Positions 24,501 through 39,500 of a DNA stretch of 64,000 nucleotides are shown piece by piece. The notes beneath the pieces are model-generated. The model was given only the letters and a program-made list of their open reading frames with translations, had not been told where the DNA came from and did no database searches. The position numbers were made by a program, and so were the translations under genes. Origin of the DNA: Ascidiella aspersa (taxonomy: Eukaryota); the NCBI GenBank assembly GCA_963924565.1, contig OZ004609.1, positions 9,548,001 through 9,612,000 on the forward strand, read 5' to 3'. The number at the start of each line of letters is the position of its first letter. The stretch's first letter is position 1.

Positions 24501-27500
24501 AAATATGTGGGTTACGCGAAATGTGCAAAAACTGTGCGAACATTTAAAATGCCTTCGAAACTGTGAGCGCATTTTGAGATAGTTAAGGCGAGCACAATTT
24601 AGGGCCGCTTCTTCCAATTGATTTTTTCGTACTTTTTATCCGATAACTCTACTCCTGCAACGCCTGCCCTCTAACTTTACACCTCTAGCTTTTCTCCTGT
24701 AACCATTCTTCTCTAACTATTCGTCGCCAAGCCTGCTTTCAACTTCGACTCCAATTCTTCCACGAACTCTGCCTTCGACTGTTCATGCTCTTCCAACGAA
24801 TTTCCACCTCTAACTTCGAGTTTTTCCCCTCCGATTGTTTCTCCGACTCTCTATCTAAATCTCGCTATAACTTTTCCCCATCTCTAACTCCGAATATTTC
24901 TCAAAACTTCAACGCTACAACTCTAACTCTTTAAATCAATAATTTACACGCATTTTTAAAGGCAGTTTAAAATGTGCGCACATTCTAAAAAGAGTGCGTA
25001 CACTTTTTAAAGCATTTTAAATGTGGTTGTTCTACTGAACTGTGTTTTATTACGACGATGCGGTTTTTCCCACTTTGGTCTTATTGTCGTAGTTCGTTTG
25101 AAAATTATCAGCGGAACCTATTTCTCGGTCGGCAAGCTTATTTTAAAGCACTGTGCCACTCATTGTGGGATTTAAATTTGTTGGCTTATAAATACACAAA
25201 GTTTAATAAAGAAAAACTTTGTTGTGCACCGCTTGAAGGACTACACCCATAAGACCGAAGTTAGAACAACTCCAACGGCGGAATTAGATACAGTCTGGAA
25301 TGAAACCAAAATAGGACTGTTACCTAAAATTGGAATAAGTTGTAAATCGGTATAAAACCTAAATCATTTGGCATCAGACCTATACAGTCAGAATATGATC
25401 TAAATCAGAGTTTCTCAACTGTTTTGTAGCAGGGCCTAAATACTAGGCGAAAGTATAACAGCCAAGTTTTAGCTACCCAATTCCCTCCAATGACCTTTCT
25501 GTACGATTAAAGGGAATAAAACATAATACATAAATAGCATTAGCCACGACTTTCTATTGCTTTCGCAATTTTCAAAATTATAGATTAATATTTGCTTAGA
25601 AGCAATCTCTATATATCTAACTACAGGAAATAAAGCTATAGCAGTCGGCGATTTAACCAAATCAAACGACGCCCATGTTAATAGCACAGATTTTAAACAA
25701 AATTTGAAATATTACGCGATATCATGCGTGTCTAGCGCCACGTGCGGTACGGCCTGTGGGCCGCACTATTAATTTATGAAGGCACATTAGTGACCCGTTG
25801 TAAACATTCCTTTACAACAGGAGTTCTTAAACTTTTTTTTACCGCAGACCCCCAACAAATATTTGCGCTTCGCGTTGACCAGTGTATAAGGCAACGAAGT
25901 TTAGAGATGACGTGATAAATTAATGTCAAATAGACTTCAAAAATCTGCTGTTCCTAGGCAAAAAATGTGAAAGCGCAATAGAGTCTAAATATTCATTCAG
26001 TGCAAAAACATTTTATTTTAGCTTCACCACTTTTCTTAAATATATATAATTTACTTTCTAAATATAAACTATTATTTAAATTAGGGCTCCATGGACCCCC
26101 TAAACTAGCAATTGTTTGCTACAATATAACCAGTGGTAACAACAGATTCTTGTGGAAGGAAAATATTGCGAAAAATTGTCAATTGTCGAAACCAAAGGGA
26201 AGCACGCAGCTCGAAATTTCACTGTGCAATAACCCTGGGATTAAAATAAGATATTGGTCAGAAATGTTTACACATTAGTGAAAGCAATCTTAGCCAGTAA
26301 TGAGACTATTATCAAAATATAATATACCTAAATATTAATATTCATATTTATAAATAAAAATATTCGTCATATTCGACCTTAAAAATATGCGTACGACACC
26401 TACGAGACTACTCTTCAAAAAGAGCCACATGACTCGATCGCCAGTTATAGTTATTTAGAGATATATATTCGCACAAAAATTAAAATGTCAAAAAATTAAA
26501 ATTTGGCTGAAAAGCAACGGCCTCATAAATCGAGTAATAAGTAATAACAAAGATTTTTATTTAAAATTTACACGTTACTCAAACCAATCAAACTTAGACA
26601 TAAATGAGAAATATTTTGCCGGTCATGACTGGATCCGCACCTGGAAAGATGACCGGATTAAATTGCTTAGGTCAGCATTAGCCTATAGACATCCGTTCAG
26701 CGAGCGTAAGCTTGCACCTCATCCAAACAAAATAATTAAAGAAAATATACAAAAATACTGTAAAAACCCGTTGAAATAGTTTCGGTTTTTGGTGTCTGCA
26801 TTTAAAATTTTTTTTTTAATAAGTTCAATATTTATTTTCAATGCAATGCTGTGACTTGGATTTCACTCGCTTGGCCTTAACTTGGGACTTGATTTTCTAT
26901 TTGCTGAAAATGGGGGGCTATATGATAACTTAAGATATTTTGCAAATGAATGGTCTATAATATATTCTATCTATAACTTTATTTAGAAATGACTTGTTCA
27001 CAACATTGCTAATTATAGACTAAATTAGCCTATTGGTAGGCTACGCAACCGGGATAACACAGAAGTAGCCTACTTTCGGGGCTTCATGAGCAAGTGTTGA
27101 TAACAAGTCATTTTCATCACTAAAATAACAATTAAAATCCCAAGTTACTATTAGAACAAGTCTATTTTCAAGTTAAGTCAATCACACAAAAAACAAACGT
27201 TATGCTATTAAAATTGTAAATTTATGAGCAATAACTCATCTAAAATATATCGAAAACGCAACATATAGCGAGCAAACTGTTTTACAAAAATTGAGATAAA
27301 TAACTTTTGGTTTTGAAAAAAGAAAGTTTAATAAAAACATTTAATTTCAACCCAAGTTATAAAGTCAAGTCAAAATCATTTTGACGCAACTACTTACGTC
27401 AAGCCAAATAATTTAAAAAAATTGACTTAAAAACATTTGATTCAAGGCATTGTACAAGTCAAGAAATTAATTTTAGACTTAAGACGGTACAATACCGCCT

Positions 27501-30500
27501 TGAGCTTTGCATGCGCAAGATCAATATAAAACCGTAAAACTAAATTATGTAAATTTTAAATTGAATTTACTAAAAACGTTTTCCCGGATGACTCATTTCC
27601 TCCTAACTTTATGCACGAAGAACCGTTGAGTTTTTTAATTTAAGCTTGCATTTTGAAGAAAAAATATTGGCAGATAACTTACCATATAGGTTATTTCAAA
27701 AAGGGTTATTTGTGAAACCATGCTGCTGTTGTGTCAATACTCAATCTCCCTAACAACATCACTATGCGACGCACTCCAAAACTGAAACGATGTAAACTAC
27801 TAGGAGGTCGCAACGCACAGTTAAAAAACCTCTGGCTTAAGGCTTTATTTTGAATAAAAAGTTTTGTAGAATAACTCAAATAACCGCAATTATTTGCAAA
27901 TCTCGGCTCAGTTTCAGTTAAATGTCGATTTTTTGATGGACACCACACACCTGGAGCTTTCATAAGGGTTCTTGCAGAATGTCATAGTATGCCGTAACTT
28001 TGGGACATCATCTTTAAAAATGTTAATGGTCCCCACCAGGGTTTTTTACCCATGCAGTGGTGCTCGCACGTCCAAGAGGTGCAAGAACTGTTCTAAGGGG
28101 GTGCGAGGGTGCTGAATCAGACAGAAAATGTATTAGCCTACTGTAACTTATTTTTTTTGTTCGATAAATGTAGAACTACCTCCCATTTGGTATTGTGTTG
28201 CTGCGTTATCAATGCTTTTACTGTGTTATTATCAGTTGAATAAAATTACATAGGTTTTTTTATTTAAGAAATTCTAGAAGGGGGTGCGAGAATTTGGTTG
28301 GTGAGTTGGTGATTTGAAAGGGGTGCAGCAAGGGAAAAGGCTTGCCTTAAACAAAAGACTGAACCCACATCAGTTTTACTGGTATCGTTAAGGGGTTCTT
28401 CAGTAAAACCACAAAAGGACCACACATCAAAAAGGTTGGGAGCCACTGGACTATATGGTTTCAAACTGGGGTCGTACAATAAGTTGTAGGTGCCATAAGT
28501 GGGGTTACAACCTCACATACATATTATATAACGCTTAATAATGTCAAACGTGAAGGTTTGCTAGTTATAATAAAGCAACTGAAATCTATAGACTCAACAT
28601 TTTGGCAGTCTTATACATGAAAAATAAACTTCTGTGACGATACAATTTACATTGTGACGTCATAGTAAATCAGTTGCCCACAGCAATTTTTTTTTATTAT
28701 TTGTACTTTTTTGCCTTGTTTACATCGCAAAAATCTTGTTGGCGAACATTTTGTTCAAAAACCTTTGTAAAATCTTCCGATTTTATCGAAAACCCTGCGA
28801 AATCAAGTCTGTTATGACGGTAAGTGCAGCTTAACCTTTTCGTTTTGATTTCAAAGGTTAAAATAAAAAAAAAAATGATTACCACGTGGGATATTTCCCA
28901 GATTTTTTTAAAGTTAGTCAAAACACAGCATCTAACTAACTTGCTGGTTATGTCTACAACAGTAAGGCGTCGATATATAGATACTTATGGTTGATATGGT
29001 TATTCGTTAAGACAAATTACCTTTTTTAGGACCCGTTTGACTCTGACGAGGCTGTTAGTCTCTTGAATCAACCTGTCTTTCTAACCGACGGAGCTAAGTC
29101 TCCCAAGGTAAGAGTGTAATTTAACATATTTCGTTTTACTTTATATTGTAAATAGTTACTTTTGTGTTTCGTTGTGTAACAAATTGATGCCTTGCGCTGG
29201 TACAGGGTTGGTCTTGCCTTGGTCATAAATTAACTGCGCAAAAGTACGCCATTAAAAACTTATTTATTGTTACGTCACAAACGATTTTTTGTTCCTAGTT
29301 GGAAGTTTGTTAATTATGTTTTTTGAGCCACTTTTTATTGTTTACATCGCAAAAACTTGCTGGTAATCCTCAGTTTGGAAATATTTCATTATTATTTTAC
29401 ATATTTTCCAAAAGTTTGCTAAACCTCGCCTGACAAGAGCCAAAAAACACTTTAAAATGACACCTAGCTCGGAGATTTGCTGCAACGAAGTGACAAATAA
29501 CGAAGTGAAACATTTCCATGGAATTTAATTTAATTACAAACATAAACAAGCATTGATAATGTTGTACAGCAGGGTGTTGTTGTTCACCCCAAAAAAGTTA
29601 CTATGGGTAATAGTTGGTCGCACGTTTGTTTAACCTTGTATTTTAGAAGCTGTTTGGGTCTGTTGAAGACTGCGGTCACTTAGATCCACCAGCCTGCCTT
29701 ATGGATAAAGCCCATTCTTCCAAAGTAAGCAAATACATGTGTTGCAAACTGTGTTAACTGTAAAATGTTTTCATGCATGTGTAAAAACACAACGCGACGC
29801 ACTTACGGGCCATTTTATTCGAGCAGGGTTACCTTAATAAGGTAATATCAGGTAAAATTTGAGAACTTAAGTATAATACCACTGTAACTCTATTGATTTC
29901 TTAAGAGGCTTGTTAATACAAGACTGTAATACTGTCTTTTATCACTAAACGCAACTAGGCAATAAAAAATGCAACTATAAGCAAATAAATAATAAGCAAT
30001 ACTTAATGCAACTAAGCAAAAAAAAAATAAGCAATGCTATAATATCAATGTCGATACCGCGGGTATCGTTGCTTGTACAAGACGATACAATATCAAAATA
30101 AATAGGTATTTCAGCTATGTTTTACGTTCAATGCAGCTTTCTATACTATGAATTACAAGGATTTTGTTCAATTTTAACAGTTATTTAATTTTATTACTGA
30201 CATTATCGGTATCGGACAAGACTTCCGTAATATTTCACCAATTATGGAATAAAATATATTTATATTAATATGAATTTTTGCTTCTTATTTGATCCCGTGT
30301 TGCATTATTCGTTGCATGCCGTTATATGTTGTTGATTTGAAACAGTGTTTCTTTATTTCGCGGCGCCCAAACGCTAAGCGTAAGTATATAATATATAATC
30401 TTCTTCACTGAACTTTTGTAACACAACAGAAATAAAAAAAATAACTGCTGTAAACGGCGATCCAACAAATAAAGCGGCCTGTTGGTTGAGAAAGACTGTT

Positions 30501-33500
30501 TTAAAATGATTTTTTGTAACGCAAGAACAGACCGCGAACACACCGCGTTCAATAAAAAAAGTAAAGAAAATTATTTCTAAAAAAAAAAAACTTTTGTGCG
30601 ATGTTTTAGGCGCTTTTTACTATAGTTTATAAAATGTATTCACTCACTTCAGTTGAAATGTGCTGTAGTGGTTCTGCTAAAGCTTGCCTACGTGTAATTG
30701 TATAGGATTGTTATCTGTACTACTAGCTAGGAATGTCCGATAATAGAGTCGGTGCCGATACCCGATACCAAGTGGTAGGATTGGTGCTTGCCCGATACTA
30801 GAGTGATATCAGCGCCGTTCCAAAACTAAGTAAATAAACGAATTTAGGTCAAGATTTGCGATCCTCCTCAACAGTTTCTTCCTAAAAAGGCATATTTATT
30901 AAAACATAGTAGATTAATAACTCGTTGTAATTTAACTTTTTAACGATGATGTGAATGAATAACCTAAAAATTACCTCTAAAAACTTAATTTCATCTTTTT
31001 GCTTGTTAGAGCGTGCGGTAGTTTTGGTATCGGTATTTGCGCAAAGTATCGGGGGTATCAATATCGAAATAAAATGTCAAGTATCGGCCATTCCTGTACA
31101 AGTAACGGAATGGTCAGTATGCACCAATATTATTTTATATGCTTGACTTACAAAAAAACTGTCCCGAAACCCTGATTTTAAGCTTTTGTTTAAATAAATA
31201 AAGAAAAAGTTCTGCAATCCAACTTAAATTTGCCTACAAATTATAATCAAGATTTTAGTATCTTCTTCTGGTGATGGGAGTTTCTGCTTTACTTTGGCTA
31301 AAATGTTAACCAGGAAACGAATCAATGCGTACAGTATTGTCAAGCAAATCCTGAAATAAAAGAACAACAGTGTATATTAGACCTGATGGGGCCACTACAC
31401 CAAGCAATTTAATGGGGCCAAAAGAGAAAAGCCTTTACGTTCATTCTTGTCTTCGTTAAAAAGAAATGATTTAACAAACTACCAAAAATATACCACAATA
31501 TAATAAAAAGAGAAATCGGAAAATAAAAGCTCAAACACTCTGTTCTAGCCAACTGGTGCACCGCGTAAGCCATATGTGCTCCAACTAAATAAAGATCTAA
31601 TTACATCCACACAAAAAAACGCATAACATGCAAGATTTCGTTTGAAAAATCAGCAGTCGCGCAGAGCGTACCGATAATGTTGAGTGGGCGAGTGCAAGTC
31701 TTAACCCAGTGGTTCTCAACCAAGGTGCCGCGGCACTCTAAGGTGCCATGTTTAACGTTTAAGGGTACCGAGAGATATTTAAAATTCTCTAGGATTCCAA
31801 TTTTTGCTCTATTGGTAAGCTTTGTTATACAAATTTTGTGTACGATTGAAGTGCCAATAATTAAAAGGTATTTTCAACCTTGTTGCACAGGTAATGTGCT
31901 GTTTCAGTCTCGTTTATTGTAACGTTACAGTTAACCACTCAGCAAAAATACGAGCAAGGGTGCCGCGAACTACTATTTATAATCTCTGTAGGTTGCCGCA
32001 AGCCAAAAAAGATTTAAATGGAGATCTCTTTTGTAGTTTGTGTCACATTAAATGTAACGTGCAACAGCCGAGTATTCAGTTTTTTTTATTTTAGATACTT
32101 ACACTAGCGTTTTGATTACACGTTTAAACCTTAATAATAATTTTAAACATATAGGCTATAACACCCGGCTTCGACAAACTTACATGGGTATTGTAAAAAA
32201 CAGTATGCTATAGTGATTAAGGGACAACAGCTTGTTAGGTTCGATTAAACCTTTCGCCTTGTTTTCTTGTGTAAAATGACATAAGTTTAGTTAATTATGT
32301 CCGGCATTAAACGCTTTTTGGCGATATTGATTACAATTTGTGACGTTTTTTTCATTAAAAGACCGTTTGCGTTAGCACCTTTGTATTAAACCAATACTCG
32401 AAAAGATTTTCCACATGGATTGCGCTAGACGGGTATGCGAGTATTTTTTTGCATAAAGGGCGCAATTCTTAAATATTCTTCCAACTCCTATTCTCTTAAC
32501 TCATCCTCCCACAATTTTTCCAACTTTTCCTGTAACTCTTCCTCTAACATCTTCTCCAATTTTCCCTCCATCTATACATCCAACTCAATCCTTCCTTCAA
32601 AACGTTTTAACCTATTCCTCCTACTCTTCTTCCACCTCGTTCCCTAACTTCTCGTTCAATCCTCCAACTCTTTTTTCAACATTTCTTCCAAAACTCCTTT
32701 AACTCCAACTATATAGTCTTCTAATTCTAACTCTGAAACTAACTTTTCTAAATCTAACTAAAACTCTAACTCACTTCTGAAAAAAATGCGGACACTTGGG
32801 CGTGTACATTTTGTCGCACATTCTACAAAACCTCCTCGTCCTCTGTTGACCAGCGCCTTTGCAGTTTTGAAAGTACTACATAGGTGCTCTTTCTATTTGT
32901 TGTATACCTTTTACAACGGATTAATAACCTCGTACACCTTACAAAATAAAAAATAAAACGCGCAGGAAAATTGTAAAATATATGGACACAAATTTACGTC
33001 ATAACGTAACGCCATATAAAAATTGCCATTGAGAAATTGATATTCATTTTTGTTCAAACTCGTCTGCAATGTGATAAAGAAATGGTGTCTAAATCTCTTA
33101 AAGCGTTTGCGCGGAGCTCAGATTTTTTTTTGGCGTTTATTGGATTTAATCTACCCAAATTTTTGTTAATAGAATACGTGGCATATTGATCATATTCAAA
33201 TTGCAAACAAGTTGTTGGCCATTTTCCCACCAGCTGTTTGGTTTCACAAAACACATCGTAAAAGCTTCTTCCCAGGGCAAAACATTATATATTGCCATCT
33301 TTTTAAACTTTTTGTAAGGGTTTTAATGAACGATACAACTGTCGAATTCTAGCAAAAGCGAAACAAATTATGAAGTTAATTTGTACGCACAGCGCTATCG
33401 GCTTAACAAAATGTCAAAACATATAACTAGACATATTAGGTTCGCAAAAAATATTTGGTCTGCCCCCTCTGTATCTGCCTGCCTAATTAGACAAAACCAA

Positions 33501-36500
33501 TAATTAGCAAAGTAATTATATTGGTTGCTATATCTGCAAACTAAAAAACGAGGCAATTTTACATTGGAAAGGATACCGTGTCACCCCATGCAACATTAAA
33601 ACAAATACAACACAGGCCGGCCCCAAAAAATAGTCCGTTACATTTGTGACATACACTACTACGGACCTATTCTCTATATAGCAGGGGTTCTTAAACTTTT
33701 TTTACAGCGGACCCGTAAATTTTTTTTGCCTCTCGTCGACCATAGTAGGCAAAAAAATTAAAAAATTACGTCATAAATTTGCGTCGCAATCCAAATAGAC
33801 TTCATAAATTTGCTGATTTTGGTCCAAAAATTGGCAAGTGAAATGGAGTCCAATTACATTCAGTGAAAAAACATTTTATTTACAATTAAACTGTCTTCTT
33901 TGATAAATTGAATAAAATGAGTAAAATAAATAATATTTCAATTAGGCCTTCAAGGACCCCTAAAACTAGTTCACGGATCCTCAAGGGGTCAATGGACCCC
34001 AGTTTAAGAACCCCTGCTCTTTACCCTTCGTATTTACCCTTTGTCAGTTGTATATCCCAGCTTTGATCTGGTATGCACTTGGGTCTACCGTATACCCGGT
34101 TAACGATCACTGGGCTACATGTTTTTCATTTTTATTTAATATCTTTGATGACTGAGCTATGAGCCAGCGTACTAAACAGGTATTTTTAAACTGACTTAAA
34201 TACCTCATATTATTTTCGACACAACCTATAAGTCCAATTCAAATCCCTGGTAAAAATTATTTTGTCAAGTTCCAGTACAAGTCATTACATAAAAATAAAA
34301 CGTTGGAACACCGACGCGGTAAAATATTAAAATTTGGTAAAAATCGTCCAATTATGAGCAATAACTCAACTAAAAAACATCAAAATCACAGCAAATAGCA
34401 AGCAAATTGTTTTACGTGCAAAAGTTTAAAGAAATTCGGTTTAATAGAAACACATAATTTTAACCATGACTTAAGTCCGAGTTGTTTATTTGTTAAAAAT
34501 ATTTAAGTCAAGTCAAGCCATTTTTAACTAGTGACTTAACGCACTTCGTCAAGTCATTAAGTCAAGTCATTCCGACACTGATATGAGCGTTGTATGCGAA
34601 AGATGAATGCAAAATAGTAAAAATTAGATGAAACACTCGGCGCGCCCAAGTTTTTTTTAATGACCGTCATGCGTAACTTAGTAAATGTAGTAATATGCAA
34701 AAACAAGCTAAAGAGGACGTTTTTTATAAGATACGGCTTGAAGAACATGGACCAAAGTTAATTAGACAAATGAGTGTTCCAAATTTTTGCCAGGTTGTCT
34801 TATTTTGCTTAACTTTTTACACTAAACACAGTTTTCTGGCTTAAGTTTGTTTTACCTAGGCTTTCCCTGCCAAGGAAATAATTTTGCAGATGGTTTGACT
34901 TCGACTTTGGTTATAGGCTATTTCAAAATATTGTCTTATAATACTGGTTCTTTCCATTTAAAAAAATCTACCTATTACCCAACAGTCTTACTTCGAACTT
35001 TATTGTCCTTAAAACGCTCTCTTTGAATGTTATTGTCTGTCTTTTAAATTAATATATAATGTAATCTGCTCGACTGTATTTTAACTGCTATTTTCCAACT
35101 GTAGCCATACCAGTTATTAGATGATTTGTGCGGCCACATGGACAATACTCCTTTGTTATCGATAAGTGACATAATCGAACAATGTGCGAATCTTTGTTAT
35201 GTGCTTCATTCTTAACGCCTCGCTGTAAATAAAAAAATGATTAAACCAAATAAACGGATATGACCAACGTTCAAATTAGGTAAAATAAGGGGTTCGTGCT
35301 TAATGACATAATAAGACGTAACTTCGTGACGTAATTTGTCAACAGTTTTATGCTCCCACCAAAAAAAACACGCTGACATATAACTTTACTTGTTTCCTAA
35401 GAGGGTTCACAGCTCACAGCTCTTAGTCAAACCATAAAAAAGCTCTATCACATTAAAAAGGTTGAGAACCAAGTCTGTTAGTGAGATACAAAAATGTTAT
35501 ACCATTTAAACAATATTTTCGCATTTATAAGCATAATAACGATGTTTTGTTACTCCTATACCTTGCGTTCTTGCTACGCTTTAAATGTCGCAATCATATT
35601 TTGTAATCACCCGCTTTACCATTAAGGGTTTAGCATTGCTACCTGGACATCCGATAGAATATTATGTAATAGCGACTAAGGGGACACAGCTAGACAAATT
35701 TCTACATTTTCTTTTGTAAATTATTGTGCTTGTTGCAACGGTAATTACTTTATCATTTCGGGGACAACGTGAGAAGTCCAAAAAAAAAATATTTCAGGGC
35801 GACATTATGCTAAAATGAAAAATCCCATTTTCTACCTGAGCGCTTTCGGCATTTTCCAAAGTAATATTACAAAAATATAGTTGTGGTAGTTTGATTACAT
35901 TTTACAAGTCTAGAGAAGTAAATATCTGGCTATATTATATATGAACTTTCAACTCCATTTTCTTTGTACGTCTCGTCAAAGCAGTGGCGTGCATGATTAA
36001 CACGTCCTAATGTAAATCCACACGCATGAAAAAATAACGCCCAAACGTAATGCATAATGCCGTTAAGCTTTGATTCCAAATCTGTGTTTTGTTACTTGTT
36101 TCACCGAGCGGACCTCCTTTCCTTCCTTGTACAATTAGTAACCCATTACATTTAAAGTCTGAAAAAGTCACATTACTTTAAGATGCACATAAATGAGAGA
36201 ATAAAGCCCGAGCTAAACTAATTTAATAATGTATTTAAAAGTTATTGAGCGGCCATCATCGCTAAGTATATACGCTGATTCCAGTTTGATTACATATACT
36301 GTTTTAAGTGTTGCTTCTTTAATGTGTATGCCCAACATGGATCATTACTTACATTACAGGGCTCTCCCTCTGGTTCTGCTGAACCTCTGAACATCCAGCT
36401 CACCACCAGCGTTGAGGTAAGTTTTAACGTGATGGTAATTGTTAATAGTGCTGTATTATCCCCACCTTATCCGGAACTCCGAAGCCGTAACTTACTTTAA

Positions 36501-39500
36501 AAATTTACCGCTACATGGCCATTGAATATGTGTTTGAAAGCCGGGGCCCTGGATATGTTTTGGTTGCTGGAATCGAAGCCAATGCTATTTTACTGTGGCT
36601 CCCCAGCGCTGCTTATAACTCAAAGACGCGCAACCTTTTTTGTAGAATTATATTATGGTCACGCCAAACACAAGGACGCTTCGCTGAAGCACACTAAATT
36701 TATCGTGTTGAAATAGTGGACGACCCCAATTGCTTATAACTTTTGAAGACCCGCGTACACTATTTTTTTCCGTTATGTTATATTTAGCTTGTCGAAACCG
36801 TCGACGTTGACGCCGCATTGCCGCTTAAGGTAAGTGTTTAATGGTATCGTACAATTATCTAGAGAAAGATGGCTCCCCCCAAGAGTTAAATATCCTAAAC
36901 AAAGTTTACCTGTACGATTATAACGGTTATAATTGTACAGGTAAACGTATCGTAGATGGCTGCTTAAATGCTGGAAGCCTAAAACGCAAAACAAGACGCT
37001 TTTAGTGCCCAGCTTATAACCCCAGTTAACGACTAAAACCAGCACTATACAGCACCAACCGCAGCCAACTTATAAGTTAAAGCAACAGTCTATCGCTTTT
37101 TTAAAGCCACTTTACAGAAATCATTATCGACAATGTTACTAAAACTAAAGTAAAAAAAATGTTTTTCTATAGGCTTAGTTGTTTGTAAAGGTAAACATAA
37201 GATATTTGGATTTTTGACTTACGTATACGTTTGGTGACTTTTAGCAGGTTCCCCTGATAAGTGTGGGCAGTGTAAACGTTTCCAGCGAACAACCTCGGGT
37301 CGAACTTGTTGAAAACGACCGAATTGCTGGAAAACTGTTTGATTCTCATCCTTCGGTAAGTGGTCGGTGCCATTGCCACTAGGGATGCCCGATACTTGAT
37401 AGTTCATTCCGTTACCGATGCGCGATATTTTGAAAAAAAGCACCTCGATCCAATTTCAAACTACATGACGTCATTAATATGCTCAAACGAGCAATATAGC
37501 TGCCATTGGAACGTTGATTTTTCCCTTTAAGGCCAAGATTAACTTTAGCTTTAAAAAGTTTAGTTCTTTAGCGTTTAGAATTTCAGCTACTTTCTGTTGC
37601 TAACCTACAATATTTTTTGATCAGTTTATCTTTTATTATTAAATCGTTGCGTATCGAAAATTATGGCCGAAATTCCTATATCAATTTGGTATCGGATCGG
37701 CACCGATACCACCCTAGTATCGGACAAGTAGCAATACCAGCACTTGGTATCGGTAATCGGCTCTGATCCAATATAATCGGACATGTCTACCTACCCACAT
37801 TTTGTTTTTGTGTTACTTACACAAACGTTCCCCCCACAGACCAATGATCCGATTGTGGACGACATTGGTAAGGGTTTGAATGAACCCCTTCTCTTTGATT
37901 TTTCCGTGGACAAACCAAAATCAGTTCAACTGAATGATTCTGGTCCCCAGATGTTTGATTCTCGTCCCTTGGTAAGTTGTTACTGCAATTGTGATAATAG
38001 CTTTTGTGGCATGTTTCTTAAAGGTTACGCTTTCGCAGAATGACCATCATAGTGTCGATGGTATTTATAAGGGTTCGGATAAAAATCTTCGAATTGATTT
38101 TGGTGAAAGCGAATTCAAATCAGTTCCACTCGATAATTCTGTTCTCCTGGTAAGCCATCGGCGCCTTTACTTTTGTTTTTGTAACACCTTGTCTAACATT
38201 TACTGTCTCTGCAGACTAATCAACCGATTGTCAAGAGCAGTGGCAGATGTATCAATGCATCCCCGCTTTTTGACTTAGATGGAAACGAACCAAATGACGT
38301 ACAACAGGCTGATTCCGTTCTATTGGTAAGAGTCCATTTATTTGTTTTATAACTGCATTCTGCGGAGCAACGGACGAAAATTATTGTTTTTTTGAAAGAA
38401 CTATCAGTTTTTGAAGAATAAAAATATGTTTTTTTAGAATAATTATAAAATATTTTAAGAGATGCGAAATCCTGATGTCATTTAATTGAAAAAATCTGAC
38501 AGTTTAAATCACAATTCGCGTTAAAATAACCTCCTCAATATTTTTCGTGTTGAGAATTTACAATAAACAAAAATTTAACAATAAATAGCTGAAAAGGTAT
38601 GTATAGGAGTGAGGAAGGAATAGAGTGATTTTCACTTTCTGCTCATGGGTAAAGTGTAGTACTTTGCCTTCAACAAAGTAAAATATGCGTCTTTATGAGT
38701 GTCTGACTGGTTAGCCAGCCTTTCTATTGATATAGAATAGACAGATACACGCAACAACAGTAATATTGATTTGTTAGACCAACCGAACTGTTGGAGAGAC
38801 CAATGCCCAAGAAAGCATTGCATCTTTCTTCATGGCTTTTGTTGATAACGAGCCAGCGTTTGACCTCAAAGAATTGGTAAGTTGCCAAGTGTGTGTGTGT
38901 GTGTGTTTTAATTCGTTAGCGCAGCAGAAGCTAACGTTGGTTTGATTCGACAGAACAACGAAACCAACCAGGATTTTAATAAATCCCCTTCCCTGAATCT
39001 CATTGAAAATGCACCCGTGGCTGCGCAACCGATTAAGTCTGAAATATTGGTAAGTTCCTATCGAGTTAAGTAGAAACCACCCAGTTGCAATAACAGTTAA
39101 AACACTTGTTTGTATTCATAAACTGACCCACAATTTGTCCAGGGCGAAAGCCAAGCCAGCATTGCATCTGCCTTTATGGAATTGGGTATAAGCGAACCAG
39201 GACCTAAGCAGGCTTTAGACTCTGGCTTATTGGTTAGTTACATCGTGTGTGTGTTTTAATACCGCGATTTATACAACAGCAAATAACACTGGCTTTATTC
39301 CACAGACTAACCAAGCGATTCTTGGCAACGATGAACAAAGTTGCATTGAGTCCTTTCTCCTTGCCGTTATTCAAAACGTAACAACTGCTGCAGAAAATGT
39401 TGAAGTTGGCCTTTTGGTGAGTATAAATCAAGTCCGTGGTGAAAGATGGAAATTTTAACTACGGTAAATAACGTCGGTTTACAATAACAGAACGACAAAC

